Below are positions 14,164 through 24,959 of a stretch of DNA of 64,000 nt, one piece after another. The notes beneath the pieces are model-generated. The model saw only the letters and a list, made by a program, of their open reading frames with translations. It ran no database searches and was not told the DNA's origin. The position numbers and the translations under genes were made by a program. The stretch is taken from positions 1 to 64,000 of IMG/VR virus record IMGVR_UViG_3300045141_000199. The stretch is one strand, 5' to 3'. The stretch is from a virus. The first letter of the stretch is position 1. Every line of letters begins with the position of its first letter.

Positions 14164-14511
14164 CTAGTTTTTCCTCTTTTTGGTCCCTTTGCGCTGCATC
14201 TTCCATAACTTGCGGCGCTCCCGCTGCATTGCCCTCGAAATCTCTTTGATTTCTTCGCTAAGCGGCGAATTGAGGTAGACAAACATGGCCGCTTTACGGC
14301 GGATTGGGTACATTGCTAAGGCAAGCTTGTTCAGCGCCACGCGGATGTCTACTTCGCGTTGACGGGAGCCCGGCCGAGTTCGGCGAGCGTGCAGTTTGCG
14401 CACGGACAGCGCGTACTCGATCGCGTCTTCGGCTTCCTCTACGATCACAGCATCGGGCATTTCGATGCGGCCGCGCTTGTTCTTCTGCCAGGCGAATTTG
14501 CGTTCTTTCAT
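14164..14511 (-). CDS. basic hypothetical protein
   Basis: Start placed at MKERKFAW, 6 nt after TGg-TACACT. Confidence 0.6.
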   Translation of the reverse strand: MKERKFAWQKNKRGRIEMPDAVIVEEAEDAIEYALSVRKLHARRTRPGSRQREVDIRVALNKLALAMYPIRRKAAMFVYLNSPLSEEIKEISRAMQRERRKLWKMQRKGTKKRKN

Positions 14512-14725
14512 GTAGCCAGTGTACCACATATTTGCGGCCGCGCTAAAATGGTATAAAGGGTTTGAAAGTGGTAAAGAAGTGGATATGAGATGTCGCTCTG
14601 CGCGCCCGTTTGATGTACCTGAACTTATTATGGGCCTTAGGAAGGCCCATAAGTTAAGGGACAGCACACGGATTGGTAATGTACGAATGTACCATTTTGC
14701 CTAGTTCGGCCGTAAGATACTCTTG

Positions 14726-16933
14726 ATGGATTATCGAATCAAGGCACTGCTGCGCGCTCAAGCTGAAGGCAAGGCATTAGGCCCTCATCCCGCTTTCATG
14801 GACCCCGGACGCCCTCTTGGCGTCACTGATCTAAATCTCGGCCGCATTGCCGGTCGGTCGCCTTCGGATGGCGGCGGTAAAGGCCAGCGTTTGGCCCAAA
14901 AAGGCGCCGAGCGCTATCTATCAGCCTTTGGTGGCGCGAATGCCATGGACTGGATCATGGACTGCACGCGCTATATGGCAGATACGGTCGCCTCGGCTGA
15001 ATATCACTTCGAGAAGCCCTCTGATCCTAACGTCGAAAAGAAGCCCGGCGACTCGACGCAGCCGCCGGAACGGCTAAAGAAGCTGTTCGAAAAGCCAAAT
15101 CCGTACATGGATTACATAGAGATGATGGAACTGCTGGTAATCGACTTGCTACTAGTAGGAAACGCTTATTGGCTGAAGTGGCGCACTAACGCGGCCGGGC
15201 AGCCCCTAGCAATCTATCGTCTAGCTCCGCCATACATCGAAATCGCGACTGAGCCGTGGGGTCCGGGCGCCTACATCTATCAAGTGCCAAATCACGACAA
15301 GTTAGCCTTCAATTCCGATGAAGTCATTCATCTCAAGCTTGCCAATCCTGAGGCTGAGAACCCTTATTATGGGCTGGGGCTGCTCCAGGGAGCCGGCCGC
15401 GCGGCCGATCTTGAGCTTGCGCTAACGGATTCGCAGTCAAGTTACTACGAAAACCACGCGATGCCGTCTGTGGCGGTCGAATCTGAACGCCGAGTGCCCC
15501 GTGACGTGTTCCACAAGATGCGAGCCCAGCTTCGCGCCCGTGCTCAGGGTCCAAGGAACGCTGGCGAACTGCTAGTGCTTGAGGCTGGCCTGAAGCTGAA
15601 CAGCTTTGCTCCTCACGCTGGGGATGCGGGCTTTGGTGAACTAAGTCAGATGTCGCGCGACCGCGTTTTCTCTTGGTTTAGGATCAATCCAAAACTACTA
15701 GGGATCGCAGAAGCGGGAACTGAATCAGTTTCTGAAGCTCAGAAACAATTTGATGACAAGACGGCGCGTCCTTTCATGAACAAGCTTCAAAAGAAGATTT
15801 CGGCCGAACTTACTAGGGATGCTTGGAACCTCGACTTCTGCATCGATTATGAATACCAGCTAAATCCCGAAGAACGTGCCAAGCTAGCAGGCATGGTCGG
15901 CCAATTGCCGGGAATCACGATCGATGAGAGCCGTGAAGCCGGCGGATTAGGTCCTCATCCCGATAAAACGATCGGCTCGATGACGATTAACCTGCCGGGC
16001 GAAAACGGCGGAGGCGGAGGCCCCGGCGAAACACCATCTCGCAACGGATTCCCTGATCCAGGACTACCGGGAGAGGCCGGAAGACCACCAAAGCGCGAAA
16101 ACACTAAAGCTTTTCCTCGCGCAGGCCGAGCTTTACCCTCAGGAGCGGCCGTTCGCAAAGGAAAAGAAACCAAAAAGGCGCTAAATAGCGCTGAAGTCCT
16201 GGCCGACAGCCTCAAGCGCCTTGAAAACGTGAAGATGCCAGAGGATGAACTGATAAGCAGGCGCACGACTGACGTTGATGCGGCCGCGGCGGCTTTCAAG
16301 GACGATTTAGCTAAGGCCGCCCGGGTTCTTGAGCGCGGATTGCTCGACACGATCGATGGTAAGGCGTTTCAGCCCAGCAAAATAGTCGAAAAGCTGCGCT
16401 ATTCCAAGGCATGGAAGGCATTTGACGAACTAGCCGAGGAAGCTTACGAAAACGCGCTGCTGAAGGTCATGAGCGCCGCGTCGATCCACCATGCCGAGAT
16501 CGGCCTCAAACCAGCCGGCGAAATCGATTACGAAGCTCTCGTAGATCAGCTCCTAGCTAATAAGGAGGGCGGTATTAGCGCGATCACGGGTACGCTGAAG
16601 GATTGGGTGTCAGCCCACGTCAAGGAAGCCCGCAAGGATGATCCAGCCCGTAGCAATCTCCAGGCCGAACTTCAAGCAGCAATTACGGATTGGATCGCTA
16701 ATAAGGCCGATATGATCTCGATAACTGAGGCTACCAGGGGCTATAACGAAGCTACCTTAGCGGTCGCTGAGCAAAGCGGAGCTTCGCATGTCCTAGTCTC
16801 AGACGGTACAGATGACGACGCACCGTGTATCGAGGCTAACGGGGAAATATGGCCGCTTAGCGAAGCCAAAGAACGCATCCTAGAGCATCCTCGTTGTCGC
16901 CGAGCATTTGTGCCGATAATCCCAAAGGCGTAA
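14726..16933 (+). CDS. portal protein fused to MuF-like minor head domain
   Basis: PNPYMD...LLLVGNAYW, EVIHLK...YYGLG portal motifs; C-terminal C..ANGEIW...EHPRCRR MuF motif. Confidence 0.88.
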   Translation: MDYRIKALLRAQAEGKALGPHPAFMDPGRPLGVTDLNLGRIAGRSPSDGGGKGQRLAQKGAERYLSAFGGANAMDWIMDCTRYMADTVASAEYHFEKPSDPNVEKKPGDSTQPPERLKKLFEKPNPYMDYIEMMELLVIDLLLVGNAYWLKWRTNAAGQPLAIYRLAPPYIEIATEPWGPGAYIYQVPNHDKLAFNSDEVIHLKLANPEAENPYYGLGLLQGAGRAADLELALTDSQSSYYENHAMPSVAVESERRVPRDVFHKMRAQLRARAQGPRNAGELLVLEAGLKLNSFAPHAGDAGFGELSQMSRDRVFSWFRINPKLLGIAEAGTESVSEAQKQFDDKTARPFMNKLQKKISAELTRDAWNLDFCIDYEYQLNPEERAKLAGMVGQLPGITIDESREAGGLGPHPDKTIGSMTINLPGENGGGGGPGETPSRNGFPDPGLPGEAGRPPKRENTKAFPRAGRALPSGAAVRKGKETKKALNSAEVLADSLKRLENVKMPEDELISRRTTDVDAAAAAFKDDLAKAARVLERGLLDTIDGKAFQPSKIVEKLRYSKAWKAFDELAEEAYENALLKVMSAASIHHAEIGLKPAGEIDYEALVDQLLANKEGGISAITGTLKDWVSAHVKEARKDDPARSNLQAELQAAITDWIANKADMISITEATRGYNEATLAVAEQSGASHVLVSDGTDDDAPCIEANGEIWPLSEAKERILEHPRCRRAFVPIIPKA

Positions 16934-16950
16934 TTTGCTAAGCTATCAGG

Positions 16951-17316
16951 ATGAATTTTCATCCTGAAGACTTCCAAGCACTATGTTACGCGGTCGAGAA
17001 GGAAAGGGGCGCCTTGCTTATGGAACCTTGCAAAGGCCGCTCGCTGCGCTATAAGCTTCCCGATCCTAAGGGCCGTCGAAGCTGGCGTTTCTACCAAACG
17101 ACCCACTGCAATAACTCTTCCCGCATGGAAATCCCTTATAACCCGGCAGCCACAGTACGCATCTACGATCCCGAGGAGCCGGACGTGATAATCGTTGACC
17201 ACGCTGGCGAACCTAAGCGAGACGCTAAAGCCACGGTTTGCGCTGTAGACGATTGCGTTGGGTTATGGCCGCGCTACAGACATCTCATGAGCGACCGCTC
17301 GTATCAAAAGCCCTAG
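16951..17316 (+). CDS. hypothetical protein
   Basis: 121-aa ORF, TAAGCT 6 nt before ATG. Confidence 0.6.
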   Translation: MNFHPEDFQALCYAVEKERGALLMEPCKGRSLRYKLPDPKGRRSWRFYQTTHCNNSSRMEIPYNPAATVRIYDPEEPDVIIVDHAGEPKRDAKATVCAVDDCVGLWPRYRHLMSDRSYQKP

Positions 17317-17335
17317 GCCGCGCTAGCATTTATCT

Positions 17336-17530
17336 ATGCCCGTTTCTATCACCATGTCAGACACATTAGTTCAAACGGTAGTTGACGCGGATTTCATTTC
17401 GTCAATGAGAGAACTCAACTTAGCGTCTGCTAGCGGGAAGAACTTTGTGGCTTTCCCCGATATGAGCGGCAGCATGGTCATGCTCAACATCCCGAAGATT
17501 CTCATGGCTCAGGAGCTTGACGACAACTAA
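17336..17530 (+). CDS. hypothetical protein
   Basis: 64-aa ORF, TAGCAT 6 nt before ATG. Confidence 0.55.
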   Translation: MPVSITMSDTLVQTVVDADFISSMRELNLASASGKNFVAFPDMSGSMVMLNIPKILMAQELDDN

Positions 17531-17661
17531 TGCCGGCGCCCGCCGTTACATGCCTGCTCGTTGCGGCCGTCCTGCTAGCCAGCGTTTCTGTCGCCGCTGC
17601 CGTGGGCCTAGCTGTTATCTGTGGCATCGTGCAGTTTGCTTTGCCGTATTGGGCTGAGTAA
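17530..17661 (+). CDS. small membrane protein
   Basis: Hand-translated 43-aa hydrophobic ORF with TAATG overlaps at both ends. Confidence 0.5.
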   Translation: MPAPAVTCLLVAAVLLASVSVAAAVGLAVICGIVQFALPYWAE

Positions 17662-17900
17662 TGGAAACCATCGGCCGTCGCTGTGGAATCGGCTGCGCCA
17701 CTTGGCCTGACGATCTGAAATACGCTATCTGCCCTCGATGTGGTGAGCCAACCTCGCGTTTTCGAGGTATGACGCCGATGTCGGCCGCGGAGGCACGCAA
17801 AATGGCCCTCACGGAAGCCTTCGAGCACTACTACGAAACTGAACATGAGATTGATAATTCACCTCTTACCGCAGAGGAGCTAGCAAAATGCGGACTATAA
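17661..17900 (+). CDS. zinc-ribbon hypothetical protein
   Basis: CGIGC...CPRC. Confidence 0.6.
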   Translation: METIGRRCGIGCATWPDDLKYAICPRCGEPTSRFRGMTPMSAAEARKMALTEAFEHYYETEHEIDNSPLTAEELAKCGL

Positions 17901-17993
17901 CTCTCCGCCGAGAATCCTGCTAGTATTCACTGTCATCTGAAGTAGCCTCGCCGTCGCTGAGGCGTTCATATTCGTTCCGACCCAGCCCATCTT

Positions 17994-19730
17994 ATGGAGG
18001 ATTTCTTGTACCCTACTTTCGATTCCCAATTTGCCGATAACATCTATAAACAGCGCTACCAGCACCCTAACGATCAGAATTGGGACGGAACAGCCAAGCG
18101 TGTCGTTAGCAGCGTTGTAGGGGCTCTCTACGGCGCTCCAAAAGCTCAGGGTAACGTTGGAGCCATTGCTAATTTACAAGAGCGCTTATGGGACTCTATG
18201 GCTCGCCGGAAGTTCATTCCCGGTGGCCGCTACCTTTACGCGGCCGGCCGTGATCTACATCAAGTAAACAACTGCATCCTACTTAGGGCCGAGGATTCCC
18301 GTGAGGGATGGGCTGGCCTAGCTTACAAGTCAGCTATGGCGCTTATGACTGGCGCTGGAATAGGAGTTTGGTATGGAGACATTCGCGAGGCAGGGGCGAC
18401 TATTCGTAGAACTGGTGGGGTTGCCTCGGGGCCAATACCTCTTATGGAACTCGTTAACGACCAAGGGCGTTGCTATCTCCAAGGGGGCAACAGACGCTCT
18501 GCTATTTGGGCGGGACTTCCGTGGTCCCATCCAGACATCTTTGAGTTTATAGGCTGCAAGGATTGGTCAGACGAGCTAAAGGGTCTGAAGGAGCGCGATT
18601 GGAACTTCCGCGCGCCGATGGACACCACGAACATTTCTGTGACGTTGGATGAGCATTTCTTTACAGCATACAGTCGAGAAGATGTCGGCGAAGGCTACGA
18701 TAACTTTGCCACCGAAATGCCAGCTTGCGCGCCTGACGGTACTAATTGGGATCAGTGGGCGCGCAAGGTCTACCATGCCACGCTAAAGCAGATGCTTGCT
18801 CACGGTGAGCCTGGATTTACGATTGACACCGGTAGACATTCTGCTGAGGTTTTGAGAAATGCCTGCACAGAGATAACTTCTGCGGACGACAGCGATGTGT
18901 GTAACCTCGGTAGCTTAGTGCTGCCGCGGTTTGACACTCCTGCCGAGTTTGGTGAAGGTGTGCGCGACGCCGTTATGTTCCTGACGGCCGGCAGCATGTA
19001 CTCGCATGTGCCATATGCCAAGGTAGAAGAAGTCCGCGATACTAATCGCCGCCTTGGCTTAGGGCTAATCGGCGTGCATGAGTTCCTAATGAAGCATGGT
19101 GTCCGATACGGTTCTCCTGAGGCATTCGAGGTTATGGAGCCATATATGGATGAGTACGGCCGCGCGTTAGAATACGCTAATGAAGGACAAGCCGGATTCG
19201 GTATCTCAGGATCAATTGGAGCTACTGCTGTTGCTCCTAACGGTACCATCGGCATCATCGCTGAGTCAACACCCTCTGGCGACCCGCTTTTCAGCGCTGC
19301 TGAGCGACGTAGTGTTGTGGTGGCGTCGCCGCACGGTAACAAACACCAACAGCACGTAGTGGTCGATCCTACGGCCGCAAGACTAGTCAGAGAAGGCGTT
19401 GAGCCGGGCATGATTGAGGACGCGTACTCGCTTTCACTTCAACCCGAGCGTCGCTTAGCGCAGCAAGCATTTATGCAACGCTACACCGACCACGCTATCA
19501 GCTCTACGGTGAACCTGGCCGCTCCCATCCTTCACGATGAACAGATTAATGATTTCGGGCAGACACTCATGCACTACCTACCAGAACTAAGAGGCATTAC
19601 GTGCTACCCGGATGGTGCCAGAGCAGGTCAGCCTCGAACTCCGGTCGATCTGGCCTGGGCGATCGATAACGTAGGAACTGTCTTTGAGGCCGAGGAGGAA
19701 ACCTGCATAGGGGGCGTTTGCGGTTTATAA
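17994..19730 (+). CDS. nrdJ: ribonucleotide reductase, probably class II (B12-dependent)
   Basis: FIPGGR, NNC, NACTEI finger loop, VCNLGS, AVAPNGT, C-terminal CIGGVC; no beta-subunit gene in window. Confidence 0.85.
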   Translation: MEDFLYPTFDSQFADNIYKQRYQHPNDQNWDGTAKRVVSSVVGALYGAPKAQGNVGAIANLQERLWDSMARRKFIPGGRYLYAAGRDLHQVNNCILLRAEDSREGWAGLAYKSAMALMTGAGIGVWYGDIREAGATIRRTGGVASGPIPLMELVNDQGRCYLQGGNRRSAIWAGLPWSHPDIFEFIGCKDWSDELKGLKERDWNFRAPMDTTNISVTLDEHFFTAYSREDVGEGYDNFATEMPACAPDGTNWDQWARKVYHATLKQMLAHGEPGFTIDTGRHSAEVLRNACTEITSADDSDVCNLGSLVLPRFDTPAEFGEGVRDAVMFLTAGSMYSHVPYAKVEEVRDTNRRLGLGLIGVHEFLMKHGVRYGSPEAFEVMEPYMDEYGRALEYANEGQAGFGISGSIGATAVAPNGTIGIIAESTPSGDPLFSAAERRSVVVASPHGNKHQQHVVVDPTAARLVREGVEPGMIEDAYSLSLQPERRLAQQAFMQRYTDHAISSTVNLAAPILHDEQINDFGQTLMHYLPELRGITCYPDGARAGQPRTPVDLAWAIDNVGTVFEAEEETCIGGVCGL

Positions 19731-19782
19731 CCGTTGCGCTGAAAAGCTGTTATAGTTAATTTTCCAAACACACAAAAGGAGA

Positions 19783-20055
19783 TTGATTATGGCAACGATT
19801 ATCTGGTGCGACAAGGTTCGCCACATCGTAAATGAGTCGCGTGGAGAGGTTGCAGCGCGGATAGCGGTTGCGCAAGCCAACAAAAGATTAGCGACCACTC
19901 AGGACGCAAGACAGGTTAGGGATACTGCTTTTCGTAAGGAACTTGCTGATGATCCTGAGGGGTTTATCTATTTTACCCTTGAAAACGATCACCAGCGAGC
20001 TTTGAATGTGAATCTGATTTCATCATTTGAGGCTGTACCTGGCGACGGCATATGA
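19783..20055 (+). CDS. hypothetical protein
   Basis: ORF with AAGGAG SD and upstream TGtTATAGT promoter. Confidence 0.6.
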   Translation: MIMATIIWCDKVRHIVNESRGEVAARIAVAQANKRLATTQDARQVRDTAFRKELADDPEGFIYFTLENDHQRALNVNLISSFEAVPGDGI

Positions 20056-20073
20056 TGCGCTAAGGTACACGTC

Positions 20074-20724
20074 ATGGGGAACACAATTACACGCGAAGGC
20101 AGCCGTACAACCGAGACAGTAAACCTCGGCGTAATGAAAAACGCGACCGAAGTTGAAGCCAATCCGACACTTGAAGGAGTAATTACCAGCGGTTCTAAGG
20201 AAATTACGAAAGTATCTAGCTTTGCAAAAGTTGCAGTAGGGACCGAAATCTCTTCAGCAGCTTTCCCAGCAAACACGCACGTTGTTGAACTTAGCTCAGC
20301 GAGCGAAACACTGACAGTTTCTAACGCAGCTACCGAAAGCAAAGCTCTAGCAGCGATCACTGCGCGCAACTTCCTACAGAACAGCTCCGGTGGCGCAGAA
20401 ACAAAGAGCATTCTTCTCGAAGCTGGTTATGCAAACGTCAATCTTCTCGACGTTGAGCTTAACGTTATCGTCGTAACTGGAACTCCTAAACTTGTCGTTA
20501 CTCTGGAGTCCAGCGTAGATAACGGTAAAACCTGGAATGCGGTTGAAGGTCTAAAGAACGCCACAGAAGCCGATGCAGCGTTTGCCGAAATTACGGCAGC
20601 AGTCCAGCTAAATCAGAGCTACAACATTGCCGGTCGCGCTACGGGACCATTGCTTCGTTTGAAGTCGGTCTTTGGTGCCAACGGCGGCGTAGCAGGATTT
20701 GCTTACGTAGCAACTGATAACTAA
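20074..20724 (+). CDS. putative virion protein
   Basis: T/S/A/V-rich 216 aa within the head module, followed by a terminator hairpin. Confidence 0.55.
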   Translation: MGNTITREGSRTTETVNLGVMKNATEVEANPTLEGVITSGSKEITKVSSFAKVAVGTEISSAAFPANTHVVELSSASETLTVSNAATESKALAAITARNFLQNSSGGAETKSILLEAGYANVNLLDVELNVIVVTGTPKLVVTLESSVDNGKTWNAVEGLKNATEADAAFAEITAAVQLNQSYNIAGRATGPLLRLKSVFGANGGVAGFAYVATDN

Positions 20725-20771
20725 GCCTCGCACGGCCCGTCAATTGGCGGGCCGTTTGCCATTCTATAGGG

Positions 20772-21494
20772 ATGGAGTTACCTGCGGGGTTATTCGTATC
20801 TCAAGTTCCTAATAGCGACGATATTGTTGCGTTCAATTTTGGCTTTCAGCTTGAGGGAAAGTCTGCGGACGATCCGATCGTTGAGGAGCTTGAAGACGGC
20901 GACCTATTAATTGAGGGTTGGGCGGCCGAGTTCGATGGGGTTGACCGCCAGGGGGAGAACTTCATGGACGGCGCCTTTCAGCGCGGTATTAAGTCGTTTC
21001 TGAGTGGAGCGGCTTCACTGTGCTTTAACCACCAGCACGAAAAGGTGCTAGGTAAGGTACTCGATCTAGAAGAGGTTGAGGGCAAGGGTCTACGAATGCG
21101 CGCTCGCGTAGATGGCGCAATCAAAGACCATCCTGAGCTTGGCGTGATCTACAACCAGATCAAGAAGGGCACGCTAAGCGCGCTTTCAGTTGGTGGCTTT
21201 TTCAAGCGCCAATTGACCGTGGCCGGTACACGAATTAGTGATATGGATTTCACCGAGATTAGCGTCACGGGGGTTCCTGTTCATTCACGGCCGGCGTTCT
21301 CTGTAATTGCTGGCAAGGCCCTTGAGGGAACCAAAGGCCCTGAAGGCGCCGATGCAGGTTCCGGCGACGCTCTTATTGGGCCTCCGGGCTTAGATTATGG
21401 GGGCATAACAGCCTCACTTGACAATCTTTCCGCAGCACTTGATGTATTCGCGGGCGACACACCGTCGTCTGAAATTCCTTCAGTGTCACACTGA
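20772..21494 (+). CDS. HK97-type prohead protease
   Basis: IEGWAAEF...DRQGE, FNHQH, LSVGG, EISVTGVP. Confidence 0.9.
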   Translation: MELPAGLFVSQVPNSDDIVAFNFGFQLEGKSADDPIVEELEDGDLLIEGWAAEFDGVDRQGENFMDGAFQRGIKSFLSGAASLCFNHQHEKVLGKVLDLEEVEGKGLRMRARVDGAIKDHPELGVIYNQIKKGTLSALSVGGFFKRQLTVAGTRISDMDFTEISVTGVPVHSRPAFSVIAGKALEGTKGPEGADAGSGDALIGPPGLDYGGITASLDNLSAALDVFAGDTPSSEIPSVSH

Positions 21495-21514
21495 ACTCTA
21501 AAGTAGAAGGACAA

Positions 21515-22897
21515 ATGGACCCACTAGAGCAGATTAACCAGAAGATCGAGGAGTTAGACGCCCGCGCTAAAGAGTTAGTTGCGGCGGCCGAGTCCGGTGA
21601 TAAACCTGCCGAGGAAGTCAAGAGCTTGCTCGACACGGAGATTCAGCCTAAGCTCGACTTACTTTTCAAAGATCGCGAAGCCGCTGTTCATGAGGAAGAG
21701 ATCAAGTCTCTTCACGGACAGGTTACAACACTTGAGAAAGCAATCGAGGAGCTTCGCAAGCCAGGCGATGGCTTTGTAGTAGCTGCCGATCCTGAGTCAA
21801 AGAGTGTTGCGGAACCGGATAATCCATATTCGGACGGCTCTCGTTCACCATACGTTGATATTCGTATGGCGGCTAAAGGTAGCTCTGAGGCCCGCGAGCG
21901 TTTGATCGCTGGCGCTAAGGCGTTCACTGACGCCGGCTTTAGCCTCGATGAAGAGGGCAAGGCCATGACCGAGGGTACTGGCTCACAGGGTGGATACCTT
22001 GTTCAGCCATTGCTTGAGCGTCAGATTGTTCTAGCGCGTGAGAAAGACAACGTACTACGTCCTCTTTGCTCAACGCTAAACATCAACACCAACGCCATCC
22101 AGCTTGACCAGCTAGGACTATCAACCACCGCTGGTTGGGTAGCCGAGCTTGCAACCAAGCCTGAAAGCACGGCGATGACGCTAGCGACCATTACGGCGTC
22201 TGTCTTCACAGCAGCCGGTCTGGCAACGATCTCGAATCAGCTCCTACAGGACTCTAACCCTTCAGTAGATCAGCTTGTAACGGCTGATATTGCTAAGCGT
22301 CTGGTAGCCCTAGAAGAGACAGCATTCCTAAGCGGTTCTGGCTCTGGTCAGCCACTAGGACTTCTGAACACTCCGGGAATCTCAACTACATCGATTACAT
22401 CGACTGAAGACCCGGCCGCGGCGGGCAGCATTCTAGACAAGATTCTAGACGCTATCGCTAACGTGCAGGAAAATTGGGGTCAGCCATCGGCTATCCTCAT
22501 GCACCCGCGCACATGGACGACCATCCTGAAGTCCCGTGACACAGCAGGTCACTACACCATCTCGCCACGTAACAACTTTGGCGCTGGTTACGATCCTGCA
22601 ACACCACGAACCTTCATCAACGGCCCACAGCAGACGCTATTCGGCGTAGAAGTGGTGCTAAGCAACCGTATGCCGATCAATCTTGGATCGGGTACTAACG
22701 AGTCAAGGATCGTCGTGGGAGACTTCCGCGAGGCACTGATCCTAGATCGTCAGGGAATTACGGTCGATGAGTCGCCACATGTTTACTTTACAAGCAACCA
22801 GACGGTATTCCGCGCCGAGAGCCGCGTAGGATTCACGGCCGCTCGAAGCCCGGTAGCGTATAACGTTATCGGTGGCGTAGGGCTCGTAAACCGCTAA
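21515..22897 (+). CDS. major capsid protein (HK97 fold, N-terminal delta domain)
   Basis: GGYLV, ISNQLLQDS, GSGSGQPLGLLN, VGDF, FRAESRVG motifs. Confidence 0.93.
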   Translation: MDPLEQINQKIEELDARAKELVAAAESGDKPAEEVKSLLDTEIQPKLDLLFKDREAAVHEEEIKSLHGQVTTLEKAIEELRKPGDGFVVAADPESKSVAEPDNPYSDGSRSPYVDIRMAAKGSSEARERLIAGAKAFTDAGFSLDEEGKAMTEGTGSQGGYLVQPLLERQIVLAREKDNVLRPLCSTLNINTNAIQLDQLGLSTTAGWVAELATKPESTAMTLATITASVFTAAGLATISNQLLQDSNPSVDQLVTADIAKRLVALEETAFLSGSGSGQPLGLLNTPGISTTSITSTEDPAAAGSILDKILDAIANVQENWGQPSAILMHPRTWTTILKSRDTAGHYTISPRNNFGAGYDPATPRTFINGPQQTLFGVEVVLSNRMPINLGSGTNESRIVVGDFREALILDRQGITVDESPHVYFTSNQTVFRAESRVGFTAARSPVAYNVIGGVGLVNR

Positions 22898-22906
22898 GGA
22901 GAAATT

Positions 22907-23206
22907 ATGGCCGACGAGAAAACAGCTACAACACCTAGCGCGGCGCCCAACGCTGTTGCGTCAGACGCATCTTTCGAGGTTGCGGTAAACACTGACGGCG
23001 AGAAAGCGCAAGTAACAGGCAAGCCACATCCGCCAAAGACGCTTACTGAGGTTCATGAGGTATCAGTTAGGACCGATCGCGTGATCCTCGACACATCTGA
23101 CCCGCTAGCAGTCCAGGTTCCACCGAAATCAGAGGTAGACGGTAAGACGCCTATCGCTCTGGCTTACGAAGAGGCTAAGACACCTGAGGAAAAACTAGCG
23201 GAGTAA
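22907..23206 (+). CDS. hypothetical protein downstream of capsid gene
   Basis: AAGGAG SD; followed by terminator. Confidence 0.65.
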   Translation: MADEKTATTPSAAPNAVASDASFEVAVNTDGEKAQVTGKPHPPKTLTEVHEVSVRTDRVILDTSDPLAVQVPPKSEVDGKTPIALAYEEAKTPEEKLAE

Positions 23207-23230
23207 CGTCTCACCTAGCCAACCCCGACT

Positions 23231-23263
23231 CGACAAAGGTCCGCTAATAGCGGACCTTTGTCG
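23231..23263 (+). terminator. intrinsic terminator
   Basis: cgacaaaggtccgct-aat-agcggacctttgtcg. Confidence 0.75.
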
Positions 23264-23285
23264 TGCATAGGACTAGCATCGAACT

Positions 23286-24959
23286 ATGGCAAGACTCATC
23301 AAAAAAGGACTTGAAGGACCACCGGGGCCAGAAGGAGCCACGGGCGAAAAAGGTGAAAAAGGTCTAACGGGATCGACCGGCCCCGAAGGGCCGCCGGGCG
23401 CTACCGGCGAAAAAGGTGAAAAAGGAACTACTGGTGCGACCGGAGCAACCGGCTCGACTGGACCTGAAGGACCGACTGGTGCTACCGGCTCGACCGGACC
23501 TGCGGGTTCGACTGGAGCCACGGGGGCCACTGGCGCGACCGGAGCTGAAGGCCCACGGGGGGAAATGCTATGGCGGGGCGTCTGGTCGTCCGGCACCACT
23601 TACGCTAAAGGTGATGCTGTAGAAGAAGGTGAAAGTTCGTATATCGCGATTAAAAGCGGAAATACCAACCACAAACCTAGTTTATTAGGTGAATGGTGGG
23701 AATTAGTCGCTAAGAAGGGCGCCACGGGAGCGACTGGAGCAACGGGTTCTACGGGAGCAACAGGAGCTACCGGCGAAAAAGGTGAAAAAGGAACAACGGG
23801 CTCGACCGGGCCTGAAGGTCCAGCCGGCGCAACGGGAGCTACCGGCGCGGCTGGGGCTACCGGAGCTGAAGGTCCGCGTGGAGAAATGCTATGGCGTGGC
23901 GTTTGGTCTTCTGGCACAACCTATGCCAAAGGCGATGCTGTAGAGGAAGGCGAAAGCTCGTACATCGCCATCAAAAGCGCCAACACCAACCATAAACCTA
24001 GCGAACTTGGTGAATGGTGGGAACTAATTGCTAAAAAGGGTGCGGCCGGCGCTACGGGCGCCACTGGTGCTACGGGGGCAACGGGAGCCACAGGCGAAAA
24101 AGGTGAAAAAGGTACAACGGGCTCGACTGGAGCCGAAGGCGCGGCAGGAGCAACGGGCGCTAAAGGCGAAGGAACGTGGCAAGGCGTATGGTCATCTGGC
24201 ACAACTTACGCCAAAGGTGACATAGTTGAAGCAGGTGAATCATCTTACATCGCCATAAAATCTGCCAACACCAACCATTCACCGGCCTCCCTTGGTGAAT
24301 GGTGGGAACTAGTAGCTAAAAAGGGTGCTACCGGAGCAACGGGCGCGACTGGCCCTACGGGTGCAGAAGGCCCAACCGGAGCAACGGGAGCTAAAGGCGA
24401 AGGTAAATGGGAAGGCGTTTGGTCTAGCGGCACAACCTACACTAAAGGCGATCTTGTAGAAGAAGGCGAATCATCCTACATTGCCATTAAAAGCGCGAAC
24501 TTGAACCACAAACCTTCATCCCTAGGGGAATGGTGGGCGCTTGTCGCTAAAAAGGGCGCTACTGGCGCGACCGGCTCTGCGGGGTCTACAGGATCGACCG
24601 GCCCCGAAGGCCCAGCGGGAGCTTCAACTAAACCGCTGATTGCAATGTCCTTTGCAATCAAAGGTGAACTACTGGAAACGACTTACCCCGGCCGCTTCAT
24701 CCGTATAACAGGTTCGGAAGAACTAGAACTTGTAGCCATTTACGCTGAACTTGGAGCTGGCACCAGTGCAGTCGTTACGTTGAAAAAGAACGGCTCAGAA
24801 GCTACAGGCTTCAAAGGCACGATCAAAAAAGAATTTTTCTCAGTGACTCCTACCGGAATCGCTCTCGCGGACAAAGACAGGCTTGCTATCAGCGTTGCGA
24901 CCGCGACAGAAAAACCCGGCGATCTCACGTTTACCGTCTTTATCAAGCAGTTGAAATAA
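23286..24959 (+). CDS. collagen-like fibre with four CBM5/12-like repeats
   Basis: G-X-Y triplets alternating with 4x [29 protein letters not shown]...GEWWxLxAKKG. Confidence 0.85.
   Translation: MARLIKKGLEGPPGPEGATGEKGEKGLTGSTGPEGPPGATGEKGEKGTTGATGATGSTGPEGPTGATGSTGPAGSTGATGATGATGAEGPRGEMLWRGVWSSGTTYAKGDAVEEGESSYIAIKSGNTNHKPSLLGEWWELVAKKGATGATGATGSTGATGATGEKGEKGTTGSTGPEGPAGATGATGAAGATGAEGPRGEMLWRGVWSSGTTYAKGDAVEEGESSYIAIKSANTNHKPSELGEWWELIAKKGAAGATGATGATGATGATGEKGEKGTTGSTGAEGAAGATGAKGEGTWQGVWSSGTTYAKGDIVEAGESSYIAIKSANTNHSPASLGEWWELVAKKGATGATGATGPTGAEGPTGATGAKGEGKWEGVWSSGTTYTKGDLVEEGESSYIAIKSANLNHKPSSLGEWWALVAKKGATGATGSAGSTGSTGPEGPAGASTKPLIAMSFAIKGELLETTYPGRFIRITGSEELELVAIYAELGAGTSAVVTLKKNGSEATGFKGTIKKEFFSVTPTGIALADKDRLAISVATATEKPGDLTFTVFIKQLK

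Noticed and set aside
17900-17993. Cobalamin riboswitch or NrdR box before nrdJ
   Set aside because: Leader is too short and lacks the conserved motifs
23286-24620. CRISPR array or DGR template/variable repeats
   Set aside because: Repeats are in-frame collagen/CBM coding units with synonymous variation; no cas or reverse transcriptase gene seen
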